Source of the DNA: an uncultured Bacteroidota bacterium
GTDB taxonomy: Bacteria; Bacteroidota; Bacteroidia; AKYH767-A; OLB10
Direction: 5' to 3'
DNA: 64,000 bases
Assembly (NCBI GenBank): GCA_903847585.1
Contig: CAINEC010000172.1
Coordinates: 2,717 to 66,716 of the forward strand
Numbering within the stretch: the first letter of the stretch is position 1; each line of letters opens with the position of its first letter. The notes beneath the pieces are model-generated. The model did not search any database and was not told the origin of the DNA. It saw only the letters and a program-made list of their open reading frames with translations. This document shows, one piece after another, positions 27,255 to 36,649 of the stretch. The translations under genes were made by a program, and so were the position numbers.

Positions 27255-28301
27255 TTATCGACGCTTACTGTTTTTAATGATAGAATAAAATTGATCTTCA
27301 CTGATCGTTTTATTATCTACATTGTAATAATAAACTCCACCCCAATTGTAAACTACTTTTCTGATAATTGATTTCTTTTCTTCGAAATAAACTTCTACTT
27401 CCGTAATCTTTCGGTTTTTCTCAATTATCTCATGCGTGATTGTTTCTACTTCAGATAAAACAGATTTTCTTTCTTCTATGGGCTCTTCGCCAGAAGCCAC
27501 ATACAAATGTTGCTGAATTTTATCCTCCCCGCTATCCATACTTATCTTCCCTTTTTGATCTTCACCATCGCCAATACCGAGATTTGTCACAGGTTGTTCA
27601 TCGCCTTCTCCATATGTTGCTTTTTTTATTTGAACCGAGTCCTTAACAACAACCTCTTCTTTTTTAATGGCTATATCTGAATCCACCTTTACACTATCCT
27701 TAGAAAGATCTTTTTTCAAATCTGAAATCGACTCCTTTTCTTCTTTCGCTTGTTTATCTTCTTTCTTTTTATCTGACAATTCCTTCTCTTCCTGCTTTTT
27801 TTCGTCTTTTGATTTTTGAATTAAAATATTCTCTGTTGCTTCTAATTCTGATAAAATAGATTTGGTATAATCAGTATCATATCCAAACCCCTCGTCTTGT
27901 GGAATGAAATGAATAAATCCTACAGGCTGATTATAAATAACAATATTTACTCCTTCATACTGCTTAAAAATTCTTACTCCTATTTTATAAGGTTCTAATG
28001 CTGTGGTATCAATTCCCTCTGGCAGACTCGTATTAAATAAAATTTGTTTAGTGATATAGCCTTCTTTACCAAACGACAATAAATACTCATGCCCATATTC
28101 CAGCTTGAGTTTCATATTCTTTTCTCCTGTTTTTGTAAACAAGGCTACACCGTTTTTCTTCACTACTACATAGGACAAATCGTAATTGCCATTTTCAACA
28201 GTAAAAATAACTGGCACCACTAGCGACTGCGGGGGTGTTGCAGCAATTGCTTTTGAGAAAAACAAACTGATACAAAAGAATAGAATTAAACGCTTGGTCA
28301 T
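27255..28301 (-). CDS. Secreted hypothetical protein with a K/E/D-rich central region
   Basis: 348 aa with a signal peptide. The central part is low-complexity ('KDEKKQEEKELSDKKKEDKQAKEEKE'). Confidence 0.45.
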   Translation of the reverse strand: MTKRLILFFCISLFFSKAIAATPPQSLVVPVIFTVENGNYDLSYVVVKKNGVALFTKTGEKNMKLKLEYGHEYLLSFGKEGYITKQILFNTSLPEGIDTTALEPYKIGVRIFKQYEGVNIVIYNQPVGFIHFIPQDEGFGYDTDYTKSILSELEATENILIQKSKDEKKQEEKELSDKKKEDKQAKEEKESISDLKKDLSKDSVKVDSDIAIKKEEVVVKDSVQIKKATYGEGDEQPVTNLGIGDGEDQKGKISMDSGEDKIQQHLYVASGEEPIEERKSVLSEVETITHEIIEKNRKITEVEVYFEEKKSIIRKVVYNWGGVYYYNVDNKTISEDQFYSIIKNSKRR

Positions 28302-28430
28302 TAATACAAATTTAAAATTTATTATTGAGTGTTACAATGTTTATTGCCCCTGAATAAAAAAAACTAACATAGTTTATTCATAAGTTGTGGATTGTATTAT
28401 TTAATTTAGCAACCTCAAATAATTTATCCA

Positions 28431-30575
28431 ATGAAAAAATTAGTTATCGCCATCATCACTTTTCTTTTCTGTTTCGCAATCGATTCAAACGCTCAAATCA
28501 CAAATGCACCTGCATTTATTAGTAATCCAAATAGCATTACCAGTTGCGAATTGAATAACGCTACATTTGATGTGATAGCTACAGATTTTGATTCGTTGCG
28601 CTGGCAAATTTTTAGTAATAATACATGGACCGACTTAGCCGATACAGGCTCTGTGAATGGTAGTGCAACTTCAACATTAATTATTTCTAATTTAACGCTT
28701 GCCTATAATGCAGCTCAGTTTCGTTGTGTAGCATATGGTCCTATTGCTCCAAATGCTATTTCAAATACAGCAACATTAACTGTTTTAAAAGTACCCGCAA
28801 TAACATCTTTCACCCCATCTCGTACTGTATGCGAAAACGACAATTGTAGCTTCAATGTACAATCACCAGGAGGAAACGGGTTATTTACTTACCAATGGCA
28901 GGTCGACTCAGGAATTGGTTTTGTAGATGTTGTAAATAACTTTAATTATACGGGAGCAACAACGAAAACAATCAATATTGCATCATGTCCTGCTAATATG
29001 AATATGTTCTATTATCGTTGTATTGTATTTGGACCATGTAACTCATCAGATACATCAACAGCTGTATTTTTAAAAGTTAATACTTATCCTTCCATAACTT
29101 CTCAGCCTGTTTCTAAAACAATTTGTGAAGGAAGTAGTACTAATTTATCTGTTGTTTCAGCTGGATCCTCTTTAAGTCACCAGTGGCTTCAAGAAGTAAA
29201 TGGTGTGTTTGTGAATGTAACAGGTAGCGCTGTTTTTAGTGCAGGCGGAACGAATACCTTGAATATAGCCAATCCTCCTTTGTCATTGAGTAATACACGT
29301 TTTATTTGTCGCATTTCAAACACGTGCGGAAGTCCAATTTTTACAGATACTGTTACATTATTTATTCGTACAATTCCAACTTCACCAACTTTTGCAATTG
29401 CAGACACAGCGCCATGTCAAGGTGCTCCAACTTCATATGCTATAACACCAGTTTTGTACGCTGATAATTATACATGGGCAATTAGTTTCTCGGGTGCAAC
29501 ATTGAATGCAACAGATACTTCCGCTATTGTTAACTTTAATAGTTCGAATAGTACGAGTATTTTATCTGTTTCGGCTGAAAACACATGCGGAACAAGCGCG
29601 GTAACCAGCATCTCTATTACTCCAAATCCTTCTTATCAAACTATTCAAACATTTTCTACTTGCTCTAATGATAGTATTTTAATTGATGGTATTTACTATT
29701 ACGCTGACACAACCTTAACAAATACCTTTAACACAACTAACGGTTGCGACAGTACGATAATTAATACGCTTTTATTTAACCCGTCTTACAACATTCAAAA
29801 TAATTTAAGTCTTTGTGCAGGTGATAGTGCTTTTGTAAATGGGGCTTGGCAGTTTACAGATGGTACGTTTACAGAATCATACACTACTACTAACGGTTGC
29901 GATAGTACGATAACTACAACATTGACTTTTAATCTAGGTTACTATGCCTACATGCAGGAAAGCATTTGCTTTGGCGACTCCTTATTATACGATGGAGTTT
30001 ACTATTCTACAGCGGGTATATATCCTTTTAATTATACCTCATCAACTGGCTGTGATAGTATAGTTGAACTTAGCTTATCGGTAAATTTCTTACCTATTGT
30101 GAGCTTTGCTCTTGACACCATACTTTGTGAAAATGGTAGTCCACTAGATCTAACAAACTATGTTTCTCCAATTGGCGGGACATGGACAGGCTGGGGTGTT
30201 ATTGGAAATACATTTGACCCCGCTTCGAGTGGAGCAGGAAGTTTTGAAATTAACTATAGCTACATTGATTTGAATGGATGTGTAGGATCTTCCAGCGATT
30301 CAATTACCGTTGATGTTTGTAGCGGATTATATGATAATGGAATTCCAAACCTTTCTTTATTCCCGAACCCAACATCCGACATCCTTCACCTTAACGGACT
30401 TCAAAATCAGGCTTTGGTTACGATATATGATGTTGCTGGCAAGTTGGTATTACAAGTGGAAGTCGACAAGAACAGTAATAATTCCATCAATATTGCCTCT
30501 CTCGCCCCTGGATTTTACCATTGCCGTATTCAGCAAAACAATCAAACAGCTGAACTTTCTTTTATAAAAAAATGA
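28431..30575 (+). CDS. T9SS cargo protein with Ig-like repeats, three 'TTNGCDST' modules and a type-A CTD
   Basis: 714 aa with a signal peptide. Modules 'F(R/Y)C(V/I)...' recur. The tail is 'LFPNPTSDILHLNGL...GFYHCRIQQNNQTAELSFIKK'. Confidence 0.8.
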   Translation: MKKLVIAIITFLFCFAIDSNAQITNAPAFISNPNSITSCELNNATFDVIATDFDSLRWQIFSNNTWTDLADTGSVNGSATSTLIISNLTLAYNAAQFRCVAYGPIAPNAISNTATLTVLKVPAITSFTPSRTVCENDNCSFNVQSPGGNGLFTYQWQVDSGIGFVDVVNNFNYTGATTKTINIASCPANMNMFYYRCIVFGPCNSSDTSTAVFLKVNTYPSITSQPVSKTICEGSSTNLSVVSAGSSLSHQWLQEVNGVFVNVTGSAVFSAGGTNTLNIANPPLSLSNTRFICRISNTCGSPIFTDTVTLFIRTIPTSPTFAIADTAPCQGAPTSYAITPVLYADNYTWAISFSGATLNATDTSAIVNFNSSNSTSILSVSAENTCGTSAVTSISITPNPSYQTIQTFSTCSNDSILIDGIYYYADTTLTNTFNTTNGCDSTIINTLLFNPSYNIQNNLSLCAGDSAFVNGAWQFTDGTFTESYTTTNGCDSTITTTLTFNLGYYAYMQESICFGDSLLYDGVYYSTAGIYPFNYTSSTGCDSIVELSLSVNFLPIVSFALDTILCENGSPLDLTNYVSPIGGTWTGWGVIGNTFDPASSGAGSFEINYSYIDLNGCVGSSSDSITVDVCSGLYDNGIPNLSLFPNPTSDILHLNGLQNQALVTIYDVAGKLVLQVEVDKNSNNSINIASLAPGFYHCRIQQNNQTAELSFIKK
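30357..30575. repeat. CTD-encoding segment nearly identical to 32091-32307
   Basis: About 94% nucleotide identity by eye over the last ~190 nt. The final ~80 nt are identical. Confidence 0.8.
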
Positions 30576-30687
30576 TTGGGTGTAAATGATAATAGTTCTT
30601 GATTAGATAATATTTCTTGTTTTTAAATAGAGATGCAACTTATTATTAAAAAATTGCATCTTGTTTAATATGAATTATTATTTAATT

Positions 30688-32307
30688 ATGAAGAAAACTT
30701 TTTGCTTACTACTATTTGTTCTATTAATATTTACAGGATACAGAACAAAGGCTTCTCATTTATTAGGGGGCGAATTAACTTATGTTTACACAGGAACACC
30801 TAACGAATATTTAATACACTTTCGATTTTATGGCGGTTGTTATGGGACAGCTGCTGATTATATTCAATATAAACCTACCGTTAGTGTTTGCATATCCTCT
30901 GTTTCACAAAATTATTCTGACACAATCACGTTAAATTTCATTGGAGTTCTAAATTATATTCCTGCACCACCTTGTGGTTCCATTTGCCCACTTAGTTCAA
31001 ACGATGGTTACACTGCCGATTATCAAGGAATAGTTCAATTACCCCATGCAGCAAGCGATTGGAAATTTGTATGGTTTGAATGTTGTCGATTGGGCGCTAT
31101 TAACAGTTGGGATCCCAGCTTGATAGTAGATGCCCATTTAAATAACCTATGGGTAGATCATTCATCACCTACTTTAAATCAAGTATCGCAATTAAGTTTT
31201 TGTGTTGGAAATAATTTTTCTTATGATCTTGGAGCAACACAAATAAATGGTGATTCGTTAACGTATTCAATCATTGAGCCGCGAGGCGGTGATATTCAAT
31301 GTCCTATAAATGATACAACATCTAGTTATGGTCCCCTTTATTCTGTTAATTATCCGTTTAGTTCATCTACCCCTATAATATTAAATCATCAAACAGGAAT
31401 TTTAAATTTTACTCCTTCCAATGTTGCCAATTATATAATTGCGGTATTAGTAAGTGAATATAGAAACGGAGATTTAATTGGAACAGTAAGAAGAGATATT
31501 CTAATTTACTTTATTGGCAATTGTATCAGCGCCAACCCTTACATCACTTCACAACCTTTATCACCAATTATTTGTGATAACGATAGCACTTCCTATTCTT
31601 TATCCTGCATTAATGCATCTGGCTATCGCTGGAAAAGAAACGTTAATGGTAGCTTTGCAGATATTCAAAATGATAGTGTTTTTAGTGGAGCTAACTCCAA
31701 TATTTTGACTGTTAAAAATCCTCCTTTCGTGCTAAACAATTTTGAATTTTTTTGTCAAATAAATAGTTCATGTGGCCCAGGAATTAATTCTGATACTATT
31801 AAATTTCATATTCAACCATCTACAAATCCTGTTTTTAACATTGACACTTCACTATGTTCAAATTCGTCCTCTTTAAATCTTGAAAATTATGTTTCACCAA
31901 TTGGTGGAGTATTTAATGGGACTGGCGTTAATAACACATCATTCAACCCAGCGATTTCTGGAAATGGACATCACTTGATAAGTTATACTTTTTTAAATCA
32001 GTTTGGATGCTCATCAACTGTGTTTGATACAATATTTGTAGATGCTTGCAATGATTTGGGTGAAATAATAAAGTTGAGTGAGTATAGCATTTATCCGAAC
32101 CCTACTTCCAACTTTCTTCAACTTAACGGCCTTCAAAATCAGGCGTTGGTTACGATATATGATGTTACTGGAAAGTTGGTATTGCAAGCGGAAGTCGACA
32201 AGAACAGTAATAATTCCATCAATATTGCGTCGTTAAGCCCTGGATTTTACCATTGCCGTATTCAGCAAAACAATCAAACAGCTGAACTTTCTTTTATAAA
32301 AAAATAA
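30688..32307 (+). CDS. T9SS cargo protein, tandem paralog sharing its C-terminal third with the upstream gene
   Basis: The ATG at 30688 gives the signal peptide 'MKKTFCLLLFVLLIFTG'. It shares 'YVSPIGG...' and the type-A CTD with 28431..30575. Confidence 0.75.
   Translation: MKKTFCLLLFVLLIFTGYRTKASHLLGGELTYVYTGTPNEYLIHFRFYGGCYGTAADYIQYKPTVSVCISSVSQNYSDTITLNFIGVLNYIPAPPCGSICPLSSNDGYTADYQGIVQLPHAASDWKFVWFECCRLGAINSWDPSLIVDAHLNNLWVDHSSPTLNQVSQLSFCVGNNFSYDLGATQINGDSLTYSIIEPRGGDIQCPINDTTSSYGPLYSVNYPFSSSTPIILNHQTGILNFTPSNVANYIIAVLVSEYRNGDLIGTVRRDILIYFIGNCISANPYITSQPLSPIICDNDSTSYSLSCINASGYRWKRNVNGSFADIQNDSVFSGANSNILTVKNPPFVLNNFEFFCQINSSCGPGINSDTIKFHIQPSTNPVFNIDTSLCSNSSSLNLENYVSPIGGVFNGTGVNNTSFNPAISGNGHHLISYTFLNQFGCSSTVFDTIFVDACNDLGEIIKLSEYSIYPNPTSNFLQLNGLQNQALVTIYDVTGKLVLQAEVDKNSNNSINIASLSPGFYHCRIQQNNQTAELSFIKK
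32091..32307. repeat. CTD-encoding segment nearly identical to 30357-30575
   Basis: See the partner repeat at 30357-30575. Confidence 0.8.
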
Positions 32308-32461
32308 CTCTTAACGTTTGATTTTCAGACGATAAAAGCATAATAAATGGTGCAGCAACATTGCCATAAGGTTATTATTCTGGTTATCGAATTTATTAAG
32401 GAGCAGATTTTTTGGTTTAAAGGGCAAAAAGGGGTAAATTCGCGTCCCTAAAAATGAACTT

Positions 32462-34945
32462 ATGGACAATATAATTTATTTGATTCCCGTACTTGGGATT
32501 GTAGGCCTGATTGTGATGGCGATTAAATCCGCTTGGGTTAGTAAACAAGATGCTGGCGATGCAAAAATGCAAGAATTAGCTGGCTATATTGCTGATGGCG
32601 CAATGGCGTTTTTAAAAGCTGAATGGAAGGTATTAGCCATTTTCGTTTCAATTGCTGCAGCCTTGTTGGCATATTCTGGAACTATTCACGAGGTAAATGG
32701 AAAAGAAATTCACTCTAGCTGGATTATCTCGATTTCCTTTATTATCGGAGCAGTATTCTCAGCTGTTGCTGGTTATATCGGAATGAAAGTCGCGACAAAA
32801 GCGAATGTACGTACTACACAAGCTGCGCGTACAAGTTTAAAACAAGCATTAAAAGTTTCCTTTACAGGTGGAACCGTAATGGGATTAGGCGTTGCTGGTT
32901 TAGCAATCCTTGGTCTAGGAGGTTTATTCATCGCATTTTTAAGCATATTTTCTGGACTAGGAGCGAATACCGTTTCTACTTCGATTGAAGTATTAACAGG
33001 GTTTTCTTTAGGTGCTGAATCGATTGCCTTATTTGCCCGTGTTGGTGGTGGTATTTATACTAAAGCTGCTGACGTAGGTGCTGACTTAGTAGGTAAAGTA
33101 GAAGCAGGAATTCCTGAGGATGACGTTCGTAACCCAGCAACTATTGCTGATAACGTAGGTGATAATGTAGGTGACGTAGCAGGTATGGGTGCCGATTTAT
33201 TCGGTTCTTATGTAGCTACGATTCTTGCTACAATGGTATTAGGTCAAGAAGTTATAGTAAGTGATAACTATGGTGGAATGTCGCCAATCTTATTACCAAT
33301 GGTAATTTGTGGATTAGGAATTATTTTCTCGATAGTAGGAACATGGTTCGTATCAATTAAAGATGAAAAATCGAATGTACAAAACGCATTAAACCTTGGT
33401 AACTGGGCATCGATGATTTTGACAGTAATTGCTTCTTATTTTGCTGTGCAATATATGTTACCAGAAGGTGATATCACATTAAGATCTGCAACATTTACTA
33501 AGATGGGTGTTTTTATGGCCATCGTAGTAGGTACTGTAGTAGGTGCAATTATGAGTATCGTGACTGAATATTACACAGCAATGGGTAAAGGTCCTGTGAA
33601 CTCTATTATTCAACAATCATCTACTGGTCATGCTACTAATATTATTGGAGGTTTATCAGTTGGAATGAAATCGACTGTAATTCCTATTATCACATTAGCA
33701 GCGGGAATTATGGCTTCTTATTATTGTGCTGGATTATACGGAGTAGCAATTGCAGCTGCGGGTATGATGGCAACTACAGCGATGCAATTAGCAATTGATG
33801 CTTTCGGACCTATCGCTGATAATGCAGGTGGTATTGCTGAGATGAGTCAATTACCTCCAGAAGTTCGTGAGCGTACTGATAATTTAGATGCAGTTGGTAA
33901 TACAACAGCAGCAACAGGAAAAGGATTCGCGATTGCTTCTGCAGCATTAACATCGTTAGCTTTATTTGCAGCGTTTGTTGGTATTGCTGGTATTGATGCT
34001 ATTGATATTTACAAAGCGCCTGTATTAGCAGGTTTATTTGTAGGTGGTATGATTCCATTTATCTTCTCTGCATTATGTATTCAAGCGGTTGGTAAAGCTG
34101 CAATGGATATGGTACAGGAAGTTCGACGTCAGTTCCGTGAAATTCCAGGTATTATGGAATATACAGCAAAGCCAGAATATGAAAAGTGTGTGGCTATTTC
34201 AACTAATGCATCTATTCGTGAAATGATTATGCCGGGTGCAATTGCACTTATAACACCTTTAATCGTTGGATTTATCTTCGGACCAGAAGTATTAGGTGGT
34301 TTACTTGCAGGTGTAACAGTGAGTGGTGTATTGATGGGTATTTTTCAATCGAACGCTGGTGGTGCATGGGATAACGCAAAGAAATCATTTGAAAAAGGAG
34401 TAATGATCAACGGAGAGATGTATTACAAAAAATCAGAGCCACATAAAGCTTCTGTTACAGGTGATACAGTAGGTGATCCATTTAAAGATACATCTGGACC
34501 TTCAATGAACATTCTAATTAAATTAATGTCGATTGTATCATTAGTAATTGCTCCATATATTGCCGTTAATGGTGGTGAAGCAGGAATGGACAAATGTTCT
34601 TCAAACAAAATGGAATGTGGAGCATCAATGATGTCGTGCGAGAAAGATGCTGAAGGTAATTGCATTATCGATTCATCAATGTGTGCTGTTTGGATGCAGG
34701 CAGGCATGATTGATAGTACAGCATGCGTGAAGATGGAAAATGGTAAATGCCACATGAAATCTGATGCATGTATGAAAGCTATGAATGAGTGTCACAAAGG
34801 AATGGAAGGATGCAAAGAAGGAAACATGGAAGGTTGTGGTGATATGTCGAAAGAAGAGTGCCATAAGAAGATGGGTGGAATGGAAGAATGTAAAGGTGAT
34901 ATGCAATTAGGTGGCGAAAAAGAATGTTGCAAGAAAAACAAATAA
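32462..34945 (+). CDS. hppA: Membrane-integral pyrophosphatase (ion-translocating, K+-dependent-type signature) with a Cys/Met/His-rich C-terminal extension
   Basis: 827 aa with '[20 protein letters not shown]', 'DNVGDNVGD', '[13 protein letters not shown]' and '[14 protein letters not shown]'. The core ends near '[10 protein letters not shown]', followed by about 120 aa carrying 15 Cys. Confidence 0.9.
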   Translation: MDNIIYLIPVLGIVGLIVMAIKSAWVSKQDAGDAKMQELAGYIADGAMAFLKAEWKVLAIFVSIAAALLAYSGTIHEVNGKEIHSSWIISISFIIGAVFSAVAGYIGMKVATKANVRTTQAARTSLKQALKVSFTGGTVMGLGVAGLAILGLGGLFIAFLSIFSGLGANTVSTSIEVLTGFSLGAESIALFARVGGGIYTKAADVGADLVGKVEAGIPEDDVRNPATIADNVGDNVGDVAGMGADLFGSYVATILATMVLGQEVIVSDNYGGMSPILLPMVICGLGIIFSIVGTWFVSIKDEKSNVQNALNLGNWASMILTVIASYFAVQYMLPEGDITLRSATFTKMGVFMAIVVGTVVGAIMSIVTEYYTAMGKGPVNSIIQQSSTGHATNIIGGLSVGMKSTVIPIITLAAGIMASYYCAGLYGVAIAAAGMMATTAMQLAIDAFGPIADNAGGIAEMSQLPPEVRERTDNLDAVGNTTAATGKGFAIASAALTSLALFAAFVGIAGIDAIDIYKAPVLAGLFVGGMIPFIFSALCIQAVGKAAMDMVQEVRRQFREIPGIMEYTAKPEYEKCVAISTNASIREMIMPGAIALITPLIVGFIFGPEVLGGLLAGVTVSGVLMGIFQSNAGGAWDNAKKSFEKGVMINGEMYYKKSEPHKASVTGDTVGDPFKDTSGPSMNILIKLMSIVSLVIAPYIAVNGGEAGMDKCSSNKMECGASMMSCEKDAEGNCIIDSSMCAVWMQAGMIDSTACVKMENGKCHMKSDACMKAMNECHKGMEGCKEGNMEGCGDMSKEECHKKMGGMEECKGDMQLGGEKECCKKNK

Positions 34946-34964
34946 GCCTCATTTAATAATAAGT

Positions 34965-34998
34965 AAAGGTCTTCTGAAAAGAAGGCCTTTTTTGTTTT
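34965..34998 (+). terminator. Rho-independent terminator after hppA
   Basis: Stem aaaggtcttc/gaaggccttt (one G-U pair), loop tgaaaa, then a T-run. Confidence 0.6.
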
Positions 34999-35044
34999 AG
35001 TTATTTGACACTATTTAATATTTTTGAATAGGCTTTTCAAAAAC

Positions 35045-36610
35045 ATGAACCTCTCTAAAAAAATAGTCGTTGCTGCTTTTGCATTATTGATAATCGCAAC
35101 TACGATTCTTTTTACCAATATTTTTTCTGACAATAAACAAGTACAAAATTTTAAAAAGTCGATTAAGATTGGAAACAATCAAGATATTCAAAATGCGATT
35201 GACTCTTTATCGATAAGTACTGATTATAATACTACACTACAACACTTGATTGAACTAACGAATTCACTAACTAAAAATGAATTTGATAGTCATCTTTCAT
35301 CCTTTCAAAAGATATCCTTATCGAAATTAAAAATTGACTCTACAATTAATTTATTAATCGCAAAAGTAGAAAAGGCAAAATATGTGAATGCGTGGAAAGA
35401 AATTTTTTATCCGCATTTTCACGCAATTGCAATAAAAACGCAGCACGTTTCAGACTGGAATAACTGCATTCGCATATGTCCTTCCGAAGAGGATAGAAAA
35501 GAAGATGTTCATCAAAGAAGAAAACTATTCCTGGATTTCGATTTGTTTTCTAAATCAAATTTAAATGTTGAAGAAATAGTATCTAATAATCCATGTTATA
35601 CTCCCCTATTAACCAACATGGATCGAATTCATAATAAACATTATGTATTGAGTGACTTATATAACAACAATTATAAAACAGATAATTATTTACGCAATCG
35701 GTTTATCATGGCCGATTTTAATACTACCAATAGTTTAAATGAATGCAAAGGTTGTATTGAAGAATATGCATTGAATGAAAGTTTGAATGAGTTCGGTGAA
35801 ATCATTCCTCAACTGAAAAAAGAAAACGTTGATTATTCGTCTATCGAAGCCATCACCTCCTGGTATGCTAATTTATCTAATACTGAAAAATCAAAATGGT
35901 ATAATGATTTTAGCAGACTAAAGAATTATCTGCAGCATGTCGACAAATATCGTACTGCTCCCAAGAAAAAAGATCCCATCATTTACATAGAAGGGAAACC
36001 GTATTGCATAGGTCAACGATTATGTTTGTGCGAAATACAAAACGATACCATTATTAAAGTTGCCCAGTTTGTTACATCTTCTAAAAACGCAAAAGCACCA
36101 CAATCAAATCAACATGATTACGATGGACAACCACGCTATTATGCTCCACAAAATAAAATTACTTCTCGCTTTTGGGATAGAGATCTAAAATATGATTCGC
36201 TCGATAGAAAGCATGACCAGATAATGGGTAAAGGAACCAGCGGTGTTTTAAAATATCGTGGAGCAGTTGATTTACCTAATTTCATGCACATTACTCCAGT
36301 AGATGAGTTCCCAGGCGCTAAAGGATTTGTAAATGGCATTCATGAGTTTGCTGTTGGCGGAAAACGACCAGGTCTATTTATGGGAACGCCTATAAGTTTA
36401 GGATGTGTTCGCTTGCATGATTATCCTTCTAAATTTACAAGGTGGTGGACACCTTATCAAGCAAATATGTTTATATCCTATGATAGTAAACATTATATTC
36501 AGAAACCACTGAATGGTGTTAAAGAAGTTAAGTCAGAAAAAAATGATGATGATAAAAAAGAAAAATCATCTTCGAATAAAGAAAAGCACCGTTCTAAAAC
36601 AAAAAAATAA
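35045..36610 (+). CDS. Membrane-anchored protein with a C-terminal L,D-transpeptidase (YkuD)-like catalytic motif
   Basis: The ATG at 35045 gives an N-terminal TM segment. The C-terminal 'GIHEF...(17 aa)...SLGCVRLHD' fits the His...(S/T)xGC(I/V)R pattern of YkuD domains. The tail is K/S-rich. Confidence 0.55.
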   Translation: MNLSKKIVVAAFALLIIATTILFTNIFSDNKQVQNFKKSIKIGNNQDIQNAIDSLSISTDYNTTLQHLIELTNSLTKNEFDSHLSSFQKISLSKLKIDSTINLLIAKVEKAKYVNAWKEIFYPHFHAIAIKTQHVSDWNNCIRICPSEEDRKEDVHQRRKLFLDFDLFSKSNLNVEEIVSNNPCYTPLLTNMDRIHNKHYVLSDLYNNNYKTDNYLRNRFIMADFNTTNSLNECKGCIEEYALNESLNEFGEIIPQLKKENVDYSSIEAITSWYANLSNTEKSKWYNDFSRLKNYLQHVDKYRTAPKKKDPIIYIEGKPYCIGQRLCLCEIQNDTIIKVAQFVTSSKNAKAPQSNQHDYDGQPRYYAPQNKITSRFWDRDLKYDSLDRKHDQIMGKGTSGVLKYRGAVDLPNFMHITPVDEFPGAKGFVNGIHEFAVGGKRPGLFMGTPISLGCVRLHDYPSKFTRWWTPYQANMFISYDSKHYIQKPLNGVKEVKSEKNDDDKKEKSSSNKEKHRSKTKK

Positions 36611-36649
36611 ATTTTACTTACTTTTACCTGATAAGTAAATTATAAGAAC

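Noticed and set aside
34423-34906. Two antisense ORFs (110 and 76 aa) lie opposite the Cys-rich tail of hppA.
   Set aside because: They lie entirely within a strongly supported sense CDS. Their His/Phe/Thr-rich composition is the mirror image of the Met/Cys/Glu repeats, so they are shadow ORFs.
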